The notes: a model not told the origin generated them from the sequence alone. DNA of 64,000 nt from Promethearchaeati archaeon SRVP18_Atabeyarchaeia-1 (GCA_037308085.1 CP147779.1:1120001-1184000), one strand, 5' to 3'. Positions 27,028-36,631 are shown, numbered from the stretch's first letter. Numbers and translations: made by a program.

Positions 27028-27819
27028 ATGTCTCCTAAGGGATCACTACCATCTGGTTTGAGGAGGTCAGTGAGATTGGCTGATCCAAAGTTGCAGAGAA
27101 CAACGGACGTTTCTCTCGCTGCGGTTTTCGGAGCCATCATCGCCCTCTCATCGATCATACCATTGAGCATAATCGTCGGCGGAATCGGCGTGTTCAACCT
27201 GACGTGGGTTATGCAGACTCTGACTGGTATACTGCTCGGTCCATACGTAGGTGGAGGAGCAGCAATGGCGGGGGGAATTGTCGGTGAGACGATCAGCCCC
27301 TCCGCATTCGGTCTCCTAGGCTTTCTACGACCGACTCTGGGTGCCTTGCAGGCTGGGCTGATCGTCTGGAGACTCTGGCGCGTGGCAGCTCTTATGTTGG
27401 GCTCCCTGGTTGTGGTGTGGTTTCTCCTACCCATTGGCTTGTCTGTATGGCCCATGGCGCTGTTCCCACTCTTGGGTCTCGCCATTATCGTCTCTCTTGG
27501 CAGAAGGTTGCCAGCAACGATTCGAGAATCAAAGAACAATAGGAGCATATTCTTGGGTTGGCTTCTGACTGCATACTGTGCCAACATAACAAGACACATG
27601 TTTGGGAATATCTGGCTTGCACTTCTGTCGTTGCCGGAGCAGTATTTCTGGGCCGCCTTGCCCCTAACTGTGGTCGAGCAGACGATGTTCGCTCTAGCAT
27701 CGGCGGTAGTTGGCGTCTCAACGCTTCTGGCTGCGAGGAGAGCTAGACTTAATATACCACTCATCCGCCTAGAGGGACATCCGATTGCCCTAAGGCTGAC
27801 CTGCTTAAGGATCGCTTAA
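27028..27819 (+). CDS. Membrane protein, ECF-transporter S-component-like
   Basis: AAVFGA, GILLGPYVGG, multiple TM helices. Confidence 0.7.
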   Translation: MSPKGSLPSGLRRSVRLADPKLQRTTDVSLAAVFGAIIALSSIIPLSIIVGGIGVFNLTWVMQTLTGILLGPYVGGGAAMAGGIVGETISPSAFGLLGFLRPTLGALQAGLIVWRLWRVAALMLGSLVVVWFLLPIGLSVWPMALFPLLGLAIIVSLGRRLPATIRESKNNRSIFLGWLLTAYCANITRHMFGNIWLALLSLPEQYFWAALPLTVVEQTMFALASAVVGVSTLLAARRARLNIPLIRLEGHPIALRLTCLRIA

Positions 27820-27838
27820 ATCCAAGTTCTGCTTTTCG

Positions 27839-28147
27839 GTGTTAATGTTCCAAATGAATGTGGACGGGTGTTCTCCTCTGCCAGCAAAACTCCACGATTC
27901 ATCGAAAAGCCATGACCGCAAGAAGGACTCGCCTAGGAAGATAAGAGTCTGCCCTTTCTGCAAGAAACCGACACTGCGAGTGGCGGACAGCATATCTGGC
28001 TGGATGACGGCTGACATATACAGATGTGACACTTGTGGGTACCGAGGTCCCGTATTTATCGAGGTTGACCTAGACGAATTCGAGAAAATGATGCAAGCAT
28101 CACCTGCAGAGGACGAGCAAGAACAGGAAGAAGAAGACGAAAAATAG
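27839..28147 (+). CDS. Small Zn-ribbon protein with acidic tail (start uncertain)
   Basis: CPFC..SGW....Y.CDTCGYRGP. Confidence 0.7.
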   Translation: MLMFQMNVDGCSPLPAKLHDSSKSHDRKKDSPRKIRVCPFCKKPTLRVADSISGWMTADIYRCDTCGYRGPVFIEVDLDEFEKMMQASPAEDEQEQEEEDEK

Positions 28148-28157
28148 AAAAGCTGTC

Positions 28158-28718
28158 TTAGACGATTTCGAATGTGGATCCATCAGTGGCCTGAGGTCTC
28201 AGCTTGTTCACGCTGGGGGACATCAAATACTTTACTGAAAGCTTCACCTTCTCCTTTTCATCCGAAATAAGCCATTTCAGAGGTTTTCCAAGCAGATGCA
28301 GGGCAAAGAAATCCAATGTAATCTCTCTCTTTCCAAGTTCCTTGAGCCTCTGGACGGTTATCTCTGCTTCAGCCCTTTCGTTTGGAGGTAGCTCTCGTTT
28401 CAGCCTTTCTTCAAGAAGTTTGATCGGGGCGGAATTCCTTTCACCCTTAACCCACATCGAATTCCTGATCTTGTCAAAAGTACCCTCGACGCTTCTTATT
28501 GCACCCATTAGGTTGTCAACCGTTTGCCTAAGCGTTATTCCATCATACCTTTGATCAGCTATGAATGCAAGCCTGTCCATGATAGTATCTATGTCCATCC
28601 TCCACCTGTCAGACATCTCTCTTATGACATCGAGGACACAGCTCATGCAAGTTGGGCAGTCATCCTCCACGACCCATTTCGCACGCTTCAAGCAGTATTT
28701 CTTCTTGTCGATGCTCAA
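28158..28718 (-). CDS. Hypothetical protein
   Basis: Long protein-like ORF, N-terminal C-x-C-x2-C-x2-C cluster; no family recognised. Confidence 0.6.
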   Translation of the reverse strand: MSIDKKKYCLKRAKWVVEDDCPTCMSCVLDVIREMSDRWRMDIDTIMDRLAFIADQRYDGITLRQTVDNLMGAIRSVEGTFDKIRNSMWVKGERNSAPIKLLEERLKRELPPNERAEAEITVQRLKELGKREITLDFFALHLLGKPLKWLISDEKEKVKLSVKYLMSPSVNKLRPQATDGSTFEIV

Positions 28719-28999
28719 ATGCACGCCCCCGCTACAATAGAGTAATCCACAAGATAGTATAAAACTTCCACGCATTCTTTAATCTTTCTTCATTCAGAAG
28801 GATTGTGCACTCGTAAAGTTGCGACTGCCGCAAAAATCTAGCACAGACATCACGCGCCGAGTTGACCATTCGCATCTGGGAAAACACTTAAGGAGCGGAT
28901 TCCTTCCTAGAACAATCGAACATGATCGAGGAGCAGTCCTCAAGAACTTTGCCGGCAAATGTGCTTGAATTAATCCTTTTCTCCAAACATTGTCATGTC

Positions 29000-29659
29000 A
29001 TGGGGCGTCAGGGCTTGTTGACTAAGCTCATAGGTGGGATAGATGAGGCAGGTAGAGGTCCTGTCATAGGTCCAATGGTTCTAGCCGGCGTCGTAATGAG
29101 AGAAGATCGACTTCAGAAGCTTGTTGACATGGGGGCTCGGGACTCCAAGAAACTTACCCCGAAGAAACGGGCTGAACTCGCGCCGTTGATAGAGTGTGCG
29201 GCTAACAGGCTACTCTATGTGGAAGTCACGCCTGAGGAGATCGATGCCAGAGTCGACAAGGGGATCACCCTGAATCAACTCGAAGCAGAGAAGATTGTAT
29301 TCATGATAAACCAGCTTAAGCCTGATAAGGTCTATATTGACTGCCCCGACGTAAATCCAGAAAGATTCACCCAGTGGCTGAAGAACGGGGTAAAATCAAA
29401 GCAAGTCGAAATAGTAGCACAGCACTACGCGGACGAGAGCATACCTGTCGTCTCAGCGGCATCTATTGTTGCCAAGGTCAGGAGAGACAACCGACTCAAA
29501 GAACTTTCGGAGCGGCTCGGAGACATAGGAAGTGGATACCCGAGCGATCCGCGGACAATGCTGTATTTGGAGAAAGCCTTGGCTCACGGGGACAGGATGG
29601 CGGAAAGTCACACATCTCTGAGGCACAGCTGGGCAACGGTGAAACGACTTCGCAAGTAG
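29000..29659 (+). CDS. rnhB: Ribonuclease HII
   Basis: GIDEAGRGPVIGP, DSKKL, SAASIVAKV.RD, GSGYPSDP. Confidence 0.96.
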   Translation: MGRQGLLTKLIGGIDEAGRGPVIGPMVLAGVVMREDRLQKLVDMGARDSKKLTPKKRAELAPLIECAANRLLYVEVTPEEIDARVDKGITLNQLEAEKIVFMINQLKPDKVYIDCPDVNPERFTQWLKNGVKSKQVEIVAQHYADESIPVVSAASIVAKVRRDNRLKELSERLGDIGSGYPSDPRTMLYLEKALAHGDRMAESHTSLRHSWATVKRLRK

Positions 29660-29720
29660 TGGAGGTTGCGTTTTTTTTTGGACTGTTTTCTCAGGCTGGG
29701 ATTTTGTGGATCAGCATTCT

Positions 29721-29930
29721 TCACAAAGGAGGAAATGTGTCGTTAGCTTGTTTCCGCGTTTGCGTAATTGGTTTCACGATAATTATGAGTTTTCCTTTAC
29801 TGGTGGTTCTTGTATCCCATAGGATCTTGTCGCCCTGTTTCAGGTTGTAGAGTTTCACTATGAAGTTTGGTAGTGTGGTGCGAAGGCTTTCAGTCTCTGG
29901 TCTGGCTCTGGTTAATGTGGTTACTTGCAT
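29721..29930 (-). CDS. AbrB/MazE/SpoVT-type DNA-binding protein
   Basis: ESLRTTLP..IV..YNLKQGDKILW. Confidence 0.8.
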   Translation of the reverse strand: MQVTTLTRARPETESLRTTLPNFIVKLYNLKQGDKILWDTRTTSKGKLIIIVKPITQTRKQANDTFPPL

Positions 29931-29957
29931 GGTTTTCCCACTCCTTGGATGATTCAC

Positions 29958-30037
29958 ATAGGTAGACTCATCTATAGCCTTTTCTACCAAAAGATACATA
30001 TAGATAGGTAGCCTACCTATATAGGTAGAATAGGTAG
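29958..30037. promoter_or_regulatory. ATAGGTAG direct/inverted repeat array between divergent AbrB and LAGLIDADG genes
   Basis: ATAGGTAG at 29958, 30004, 30021, 30030; inverted CTACCTAT at 30013. Confidence 0.7.
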
Positions 30038-30054
30038 AAAAGGGAGCGGGGAAA

Positions 30055-31023
30055 ATGCGTGCAAATCCATTGATGAATCGCGAAGCGCTGAGTCAGGAGG
30101 AGCGAAGTTATCTTCTTGGACTCTACCTTGCAGATGGATGGGTATCTAGGCAGTCCAAAGGGAGCCTTATTGTTACTTTTTCTCTTCAGGGAAATGAGGA
30201 GGCAATAGTGGACAGGGTTGCTGCTCTAATGAGGCGGGCTAACTTGAAGCCTCATGTGGGTAGGTGGTTCGACAATTGCATCCTGGTCTACGCGTGTTGC
30301 AAGAACCTCTGCGATTTCTTCCCGGATAAGGAGGGGCTCTCTCGCGACAAGGCTGCGAGACAGAGGTTCTTTGACAATAACAATCTGCTGAGAGACTTTG
30401 CGAATCGTGTTGCGTTCTGCGCTGGTCTCCTAGATGGCGACGGTTGGTGTAAGGCTTATCTCCTTAAGGGAAGGAAGCCTGGAAGGCGGAGCTTCGAATA
30501 TATCCTAATCAAGTGGGGTTTCAGTCAGCTCAGTTACCCTTTTCTGATCCCCCTATTTCAGGGGTTTTTGGAGTCCCTTGCGCCGAACTCTACAAACATC
30601 GGCTACATCAGACATGTAGGCTACGAGACGGTGAGGTACGTACGTATCAATAAAAGAGCTAGGGAAGCTTTGCTGCAAGCAGGAGTTGCAGTCTGGTCGT
30701 GGAAGGCTACCGAGTTCCAGAACGTCGTCTCCGAGTTTCATGCGAAGAGGGACAGGGAGCGAACAGATGCGATGGAGAAGGCTGTTGGGGGAGATATCAA
30801 GCTTGTGGACGTGGCCAGGATGCTAGGCGTTAGCTGCCACACGCCGTATCAGAGGTATCGGTATGGAAGCCTCAATGCTAGGCTGGTGCATGTTCGGAAA
30901 GGTAGACCACAAAAGTACTTGGTGATACCGAGAGAGGAGGTCGAGAGACTTATGAAGAGAAAGAGTCAATACCAAAAAGAGAGAATATCAATGCAAGCTA
31001 GATCATATCAGCAAGAAGGGTAA
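30055..31023 (+). CDS. Free-standing double-motif LAGLIDADG endonuclease with C-terminal MerR/Xis-like HTH
   Basis: YLLGLYLADG and FCAGLLDGDG; C-term LVDVARMLGVS..T.Y...IPREEVERL. Confidence 0.82.
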   Translation: MRANPLMNREALSQEERSYLLGLYLADGWVSRQSKGSLIVTFSLQGNEEAIVDRVAALMRRANLKPHVGRWFDNCILVYACCKNLCDFFPDKEGLSRDKAARQRFFDNNNLLRDFANRVAFCAGLLDGDGWCKAYLLKGRKPGRRSFEYILIKWGFSQLSYPFLIPLFQGFLESLAPNSTNIGYIRHVGYETVRYVRINKRAREALLQAGVAVWSWKATEFQNVVSEFHAKRDRERTDAMEKAVGGDIKLVDVARMLGVSCHTPYQRYRYGSLNARLVHVRKGRPQKYLVIPREEVERLMKRKSQYQKERISMQARSYQQEG

Positions 31024-31208
31024 TAGGCTGTACGAGGTATTGTTGATCTCATGGTGAGTTACGATTTAACGATAATGCTTACAGCGGTGCGCGGTTAAGA
31101 GGATTAGGAATCCCAGCGATATGAAGCGGCGACGGATGTGAGCATAGATATGTCTCTATATTTTTCTCGGTCGGATGGTCCTCTGGTAGCGTGTCGAGGT
31201 AGTCGGAA

Positions 31209-32870
31209 TTGAGTCTAACCGATCTCAACAAGCTGCTGGAAGTGGGGGAAAACAGACGCTTCGAGTTTAAGCGGCAACTTTCGTTAGACGACCTAAGGAA
31301 TGATCGCCGAAGACAGAAGTTGGTCGCTCAGCTGAAATACATTACCGCGGAAGATGAGGGGATATTTCTTGTTGGGATTGAGGACATTCACGGAGATCGG
31401 TGGGAAGTACGTGGTCTTGGAGATAGCGAGATAGCTGTAGCTGAAGAAGTTCTTGGAGAGCTCTGTAAAGAAGCAGGCTTGGAGATTGCGGAGAAGGAAC
31501 TCTTTAGGACCAAAAACGGGCTTGTCGAGAAGTTTGTTATAGAAAGAAAGGCAATTCCAGCCGAAGCACAGGAGACAATTGGCATCAACATCGCAGGTAG
31601 AGTGAACGCGGGAAAGAGCACGTTAGTCGGGGTACTGACAAGCGGAGAGCTGGACGATGGGAAGGGTAGGGCGCGGGCGCCGTTGCTGAAGCATCCGCAG
31701 GAGCTTGAAGGGGGTCAGACAACAGATCTTCACGTAACCTTCCTTGGCTTCGATGCGGAAAACCAAGCTATGCTACTGAGGAAACCAGCTGACATCGAGG
31801 AGATCTCAAGGATCCTAGAGCAGTCCAAGAGAATCGTAATATTCTACGACGCTCCAGGTCATTCAATCTATGTCAAGACATTGATTCGAAGCATCTTGGG
31901 CGCCGACGCACAGTTCGCGATGGTTCTGATACCAGCAGCGGACGAGCATGAGTTGATCTTGAACGAGGAAATAAGATCCAACCTAACTAAGCTAGATGAC
32001 ATCACTCGTGAACACTTAGTTCTCCTCGCTAGCCAGAGTATACCATTCATGATAGTCGTCTCACGGGTAGACTTGGCTTCAGATGAGCAGCTTGAGAAGG
32101 TGATCCAAGTCACTAGAGATACCCTGAAGTCAATGGGACGAGTTCCCATGCTCATCAAGAATGGCACCGACTTGGATATAGCCTGCAGAGAGATCTCCCG
32201 TAACATACTCGTGCCAATGTTCGAAGTAAGCTCGACAACCGGAGAAGGAATAGAGTCGCTGCGCAGGACATTAGGCTTGTTGCCGTCCATGATCTCGGAC
32301 GAGATTCTACTGAAACCCGCGCTTGCCTACATCGACAAGATATATCGTGGGATCAAAGGGACCAATGTTGTCGTGACAGGTTCAGTTAGGCAAGGGATTT
32401 TCAAACCAGGGCAGAAGGTGAAGGTGGGACCAGACAGTCAAGGAAAATTCAGTGAAGGTCGGATAGCGACCGTGGAGATATTCAAGAGCCGTGTTGAGGG
32501 GGTAAAGGCTGGCGACAGCTTCGGTTTTGACATCAAGAGAGTCGACACGACAACCGTCAGAAGAGGGCAAGTTATTAGCGACGTTGATGTAGACCTTAAG
32601 CCCTCGCGAGTCTTCGAGGCCGATGTGATAGTCACGAAGCATCCAACCAGAATAGCTGAAGGCTACGCGCCAGTTTTGCAGTGCAATACGATCCACCAGA
32701 CCGTAGTGTTCGAGCAGATATACGGAAGGAAATATCTAGTAGTGGGTGATGCAGCTAGAGTTAGGCTGCGATTCACAAGACAGCCAGAATACTTAAGAAT
32801 TGGAGACCGAATAGTCACTAGGGAGTCGAGTACTCGAACCATCGGGACGATAACAAAGCTTGTTGAGTAG
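31209..32870 (+). CDS. GTPBP1/GTPBP2-family translational GTPase
   Basis: N-term GE..RFEFK..LVAQLKY..GIED domain, GRVNAGKST, DAPGH, SSTTGEG, EF-Tu-like domains II and III. Confidence 0.88.
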   Translation: MSLTDLNKLLEVGENRRFEFKRQLSLDDLRNDRRRQKLVAQLKYITAEDEGIFLVGIEDIHGDRWEVRGLGDSEIAVAEEVLGELCKEAGLEIAEKELFRTKNGLVEKFVIERKAIPAEAQETIGINIAGRVNAGKSTLVGVLTSGELDDGKGRARAPLLKHPQELEGGQTTDLHVTFLGFDAENQAMLLRKPADIEEISRILEQSKRIVIFYDAPGHSIYVKTLIRSILGADAQFAMVLIPAADEHELILNEEIRSNLTKLDDITREHLVLLASQSIPFMIVVSRVDLASDEQLEKVIQVTRDTLKSMGRVPMLIKNGTDLDIACREISRNILVPMFEVSSTTGEGIESLRRTLGLLPSMISDEILLKPALAYIDKIYRGIKGTNVVVTGSVRQGIFKPGQKVKVGPDSQGKFSEGRIATVEIFKSRVEGVKAGDSFGFDIKRVDTTTVRRGQVISDVDVDLKPSRVFEADVIVTKHPTRIAEGYAPVLQCNTIHQTVVFEQIYGRKYLVVGDAARVRLRFTRQPEYLRIGDRIVTRESSTRTIGTITKLVE

Positions 32871-32903
32871 CCCGAAAATGGGAATGGGGATGCGCAGATA
32901 AAA

Positions 32904-33179
32904 ATGGGATATTGCGAGGCATGGCTAGGATCGAGAAAAGTCCTAGGGGAGAAGGGAGATTCGAAGACCGAATATAGAGTAGAGTTTGCGGCCCCTCCGG
33001 AAAACAGCCCGCCTCCAAGTTACACCCCGATGGAAGAGAAACAAGCCGACGGAGGAAAGAAGATCTACTACTCACCATGGTTATCCTCAATCGAGGATGC
33101 AAAGAATGAGCTGGCAAAGGCGACCGACTACTGCCGTAGGCAATCCGTTAAGATAATCGTTTATTTCGAGATCAGATAG
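32904..33179 (+). CDS. Hypothetical protein
   Basis: ORF 33 bp downstream of the GTPase on the same strand; no family recognised. Confidence 0.55.
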   Translation: MGYCEAWLGSRKVLGEKGDSKTEYRVEFAAPPENSPPPSYTPMEEKQADGGKKIYYSPWLSSIEDAKNELAKATDYCRRQSVKIIVYFEIR

Positions 33180-33230
33180 CTGAAAGATGCATGATGACGC
33201 GTGTCTAAAGAATAGCCTAGGATGGGAAAG

Positions 33231-33794
33231 TCACCAGCGCCACCAATCTTGCTCACTTTCAGCTTGTGAGCGAGACATTATGCGTGGTCTCTGCCTTGGA
33301 CGCCACGCTCTCCATCGTCGCCAGCTTTTGTAGGCTGTCTTAACGTATTTCTCTCTGTTCGCAAGATCACCATGGATCCACCTTAGCTGAGCGTAGAACC
33401 TTTCTTTTCCAGGTTCAAATGGAACAGAACCTTTTGGAACACCGAGCCCCTCGAGCCTATCTATGAATGCCCCTTCGACCCTGAACTGAAGTTCCCCAAC
33501 TATCTTTGCAGGAACAACCTTATACCCTTCCTTGGAGAGGGTTTCTCTCACCTTTTCCAGCACCGCTGCCGTGCATATTCGGATTTCCTCACTCTTCTCG
33601 ACCTTCAGCTCCTGAAGGGCATCACGTGTCAGCCTCACTGCCTCGTCTAGATACTTTTTCTCCTTGAAGTATGGTTGCTTGAAGAACTTCACGTCTATGA
33701 GCTTTGAAAAGAATGTGCCAGTCTCTACCCTAAGATAGCCGAGCACAACCCCCTCAACCATATCGCCCCAACCAGCATCATCGATCTCAAGCAA
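33231..33794 (-). CDS. Hypothetical protein, RNase H-like fold candidate
   Basis: N-term IDDAGWGD resembles RNase HII IDEAGRG. Confidence 0.6.
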   Translation of the reverse strand: MLEIDDAGWGDMVEGVVLGYLRVETGTFFSKLIDVKFFKQPYFKEKKYLDEAVRLTRDALQELKVEKSEEIRICTAAVLEKVRETLSKEGYKVVPAKIVGELQFRVEGAFIDRLEGLGVPKGSVPFEPGKERFYAQLRWIHGDLANREKYVKTAYKSWRRWRAWRPRQRPRIMSRSQAESEQDWWRW

Positions 33795-34001
33795 GCTTAC
33801 AGTTCACCGCCTCAAAAGCAAAGCAAGCTTGGTCACAAACCCGGGCGCCAAGTAATTCAGAACCCTGTCCATCCAATCGCATCATGTCGATATTCAGAAC
33901 CTCAAAAAAATAGTGAAGGGGCTGCTGGCTTAACAAAAATCAAACCGCATCCCTTTACTCAATCCGTCGCAAAGACTCTCTAGTACCGTGCTCGAGAGAG
34001 C

Positions 34002-34370
34002 CTAAGATTCTTCGGCTTCATCCTCAGTAGATTCCTCAGTAGATTCCTCAGTAGCTTCCTCAGTAGCTTCCTCAGTAGCTCCCTCAGTAGCTTCCCCGCC
34101 AGCACCAGCTGGTTCGCCGATGGCAAAGCGTGGGCCGACTCGCGTTATCTTGACCTTAAGGGATTGTCCTGGCTTGGCACCCGGGATGAAGACTACAAGC
34201 CCTTCATACTTGGCTACGCCCTCACCACGCTTGCTAGTGTCAGTGACCTCAAGGTCGTAGACCTTGCCGACTTCTACAGGCTTCGGTGGGAAAGACCTTC
34301 CGCCACCGCCACCGCCGCTCCCGCCACCGCGACCGCCCCGGAATCCGCCTGGGCCTCTTCTGTAAGACAT
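34002..34370 (-). CDS. Single-TRAM-domain RNA-binding protein with RGG N-tail and acidic C-tail
   Basis: KPVEVGKVYDLEV..SKRGEGVAKYEGLVVFIPG. Confidence 0.92.
   Translation of the reverse strand: MSYRRGPGGFRGGRGGGSGGGGGGRSFPPKPVEVGKVYDLEVTDTSKRGEGVAKYEGLVVFIPGAKPGQSLKVKITRVGPRFAIGEPAGAGGEATEGATEEATEEATEESTEESTEDEAEES
34021..34092 (-). repeat. 12-bp tandem repeat x6 encoding (A/S)TEE
   Basis: TTCCTCAGTAG(A/C) units seen directly on the + strand. Confidence 0.93.
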
Positions 34371-34544
34371 CTTCTGATTCACACCTTACTTCGTTTTTCA
34401 TTTCATAAGTTGGAGAAGACACTTCCCCCAAAAAAAGTCCTCAAAAAACCGCCGACCTTATTCAGCCATAAGATTTCCGAGTCCTTCCTGGAAAAGCAGC
34501 GCCTTCGGCAACTCTGCCTTTTAATGAAGGTTACAGGTATTTAA
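34371..34544 (-). promoter_or_regulatory. TATA box and long structured 5' leader of the TRAM gene
   Basis: TTAAATA at 34544-34538; hairpins at 34522-34492 and 34474-34455. Confidence 0.5.
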
Positions 34545-34722
34545 GCATATCTAACACGATGCGCCTTGTTGTTTCGAAGTTCGTGCGCTCTTGGTGCCAC
34601 AGGTACACGTACGACTTGCCTATTGAGACAACCAATCACTAAATCTTTCGAAGGATCGTTGAGCCCGCGTTCAGTCCTCTAGTCTCCTGATCACATGCGC
34701 AAAAGCTAAGGCGCTGATCTTA

Positions 34723-35553
34723 CTATGCCATCTGCCGGCGCCTCATTAGAAGCGCGCTCAAGATCAAGCCTGCGACTAAATAGGATGCCATTATAGCGAT
34801 TCCCTCGACTACCGTGGCACTGTAGACCGTAAATTGAAGGGGAGGTCCGCCAGATATTGGCAAGAGCATTGTCCCTGAATGGGCCGGATAGGGGTCAATC
34901 AGAATGCTATTGACTATCCCTGAACCGTAACTAAGAATCATGAATGGCTCGAAACCCACGAACATCGACAACGCCTGTATGATTGCAAACAAGAAGAAAT
35001 ATGTCAGGAAAGGCACTATTGATGCTCCCATGCTGCCTTTCAAGAGAGCGCTGAACACGAATGTGAACGAAACGACACTACATACAAACAACAACGCAAA
35101 CAGATAGGAAAGCAAAACCTGCCCCGGAAAGGTTCCGAACCTTATGATTACGCCAACCGCAGTAATCAAGTAGGGCATTGTAACGACGAGCATGGATGCA
35201 ATGCAACATGACAAGTACTTGCCCATTAACAATGTAGTTCTTTTTATCGGGTTAAGGAAGATCACATAACCAGTTTTGTGTTCAAATTCGCTTGCTATTG
35301 CGTCGCCTGAGAAGAAGACCCCAGCGACTAACCCAAACAACGTGACCTCGCCAGCGCCAATAATCTCGCTGCTAAAATACAGGGCTCCAGCGCTGATCGG
35401 TATGTAGCCTAATCCTATCGCAACAGCCACCCCAGTAATCAGGGAGCCCAGTAGCAGAAGAGCATGGAGTCGAAAGCGCCTTACCTGCTTCAGCAACTCA
35501 TATCTTACTACTATCGAAAGTTTCCTTAGCTCTCCAGCAGAACCCACCGGCAA
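34723..35553 (-). CDS. ABC-2 type exporter permease
   Basis: GDAIASEFEHKTG..NPIKR....GKY; about six TM segments. Confidence 0.88.
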   Translation of the reverse strand: MPVGSAGELRKLSIVVRYELLKQVRRFRLHALLLLGSLITGVAVAIGLGYIPISAGALYFSSEIIGAGEVTLFGLVAGVFFSGDAIASEFEHKTGYVIFLNPIKRTTLLMGKYLSCCIASMLVVTMPYLITAVGVIIRFGTFPGQVLLSYLFALLFVCSVVSFTFVFSALLKGSMGASIVPFLTYFFLFAIIQALSMFVGFEPFMILSYGSGIVNSILIDPYPAHSGTMLLPISGGPPLQFTVYSATVVEGIAIMASYLVAGLILSALLMRRRQMA

Positions 35554-35557
35554 CTTT

Positions 35558-36490
35558 CTAGTCGCCTCCCTTCACGACTCGCATGTACACTTCCTCCAGC
35601 GAGCCTAGCGCTGGTCTGAATGACGCAACCCTTATGTTCATCTGCATTAATGCTTCAAGGATTTTCGCCTGAGTCTCTTTATCTCCCTTGAAATCTATGA
35701 AGACGATATTTCCTGACGCGGTTACTTTCTTGACTTCTTCGGTGCTTTCTATGGCTTTTATCTCGCTGGCTTCCAATGGCTTCAGAACTTCAACCTGTAT
35801 TCTTTGGGAGGCGAACACTCTTTCCAGTTTCTGAACAGAGTCAAACGCAAGGAGTTTTCCGCGATCTATTAGGGCAACCTTCTCACACGTTTCGCTGACC
35901 TCAAAAAGCAGGTGTGATGCCATGAAGATCGTTTTCTCTTTCTTAAGCTCGTTTACCAGATTCCTTACCTCAGTCATCCCCCGTGGATCCAGTCCCAGAC
36001 TCGGCTCATCAAGCATTAGGATCGGCGGGTCGTGCAGAAGAGTCTGGGCGATTGCCAGTCTCTGCTTCATGCCTTTTGAGAACTTGCCTATCCTGACGTT
36101 TGCCCACTCGAGCATCTTGACCCTATCTAACAATTTCTTGATAACACTGGGCAAATCGGATCTGCTAATTCCCCTAAGCCGGCCGAAATATGACAACGCT
36201 TCAACGGGGGTCAAGTAGGGATAGAACTCTGGGACCTCCACCATTGCCCCAAGATTCCCTAGGGCCTTTGTGCTTTCCTTGATTGCATCATAGCCATTGA
36301 CATAGGCGCTTCCGCTTGTGGGTTTTATGATATTCGTGAAGATCTTCATCGTAGTTGTCTTCCCGGCCCCGTTTGGTCCCAAGAGGCCAACGGATTCACC
36401 ACTAATGATCTTCAGGTTAAGACCCTCAAGTGCCCTGATTACGCCGTAGGACTTCGTGAGCCCTTCAGCAACCAAAGCTTCCTTCGCCAT
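35558..36490 (-). CDS. ABC transporter ATP-binding protein
   Basis: GPNGAGKTT, FSKGMKQR, LDEP. Confidence 0.95.
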   Translation of the reverse strand: MAKEALVAEGLTKSYGVIRALEGLNLKIISGESVGLLGPNGAGKTTTMKIFTNIIKPTSGSAYVNGYDAIKESTKALGNLGAMVEVPEFYPYLTPVEALSYFGRLRGISRSDLPSVIKKLLDRVKMLEWANVRIGKFSKGMKQRLAIAQTLLHDPPILMLDEPSLGLDPRGMTEVRNLVNELKKEKTIFMASHLLFEVSETCEKVALIDRGKLLAFDSVQKLERVFASQRIQVEVLKPLEASEIKAIESTEEVKKVTASGNIVFIDFKGDKETQAKILEALMQMNIRVASFRPALGSLEEVYMRVVKGGD

Positions 36491-36631
36491 TTCCCTCCAC
36501 CTCTCTAGCTGAGCAGGGACACCCTATGCCAGATGGTATCTTTAAGGATCCAGTATTCCAGAATCCATCTCAGTTTAACGACTACAAGACTTGGAATATA
36601 TAAGTACCTAGATGTGTGCAAAAACGATTAC

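Noticed and set aside
29695-31115. 9-bp inverted repeat GCTGGGATT / AATCCCAGC flanking the AbrB-LAGLIDADG cassette
   Set aside because: Too short, does not extend, no target-site duplication; compatible with chance
34021-34092. Short repeats as a possible CRISPR array (also 20198-20242)
   Set aside because: Contiguous in-frame coding repeats without spacers; no cas genes
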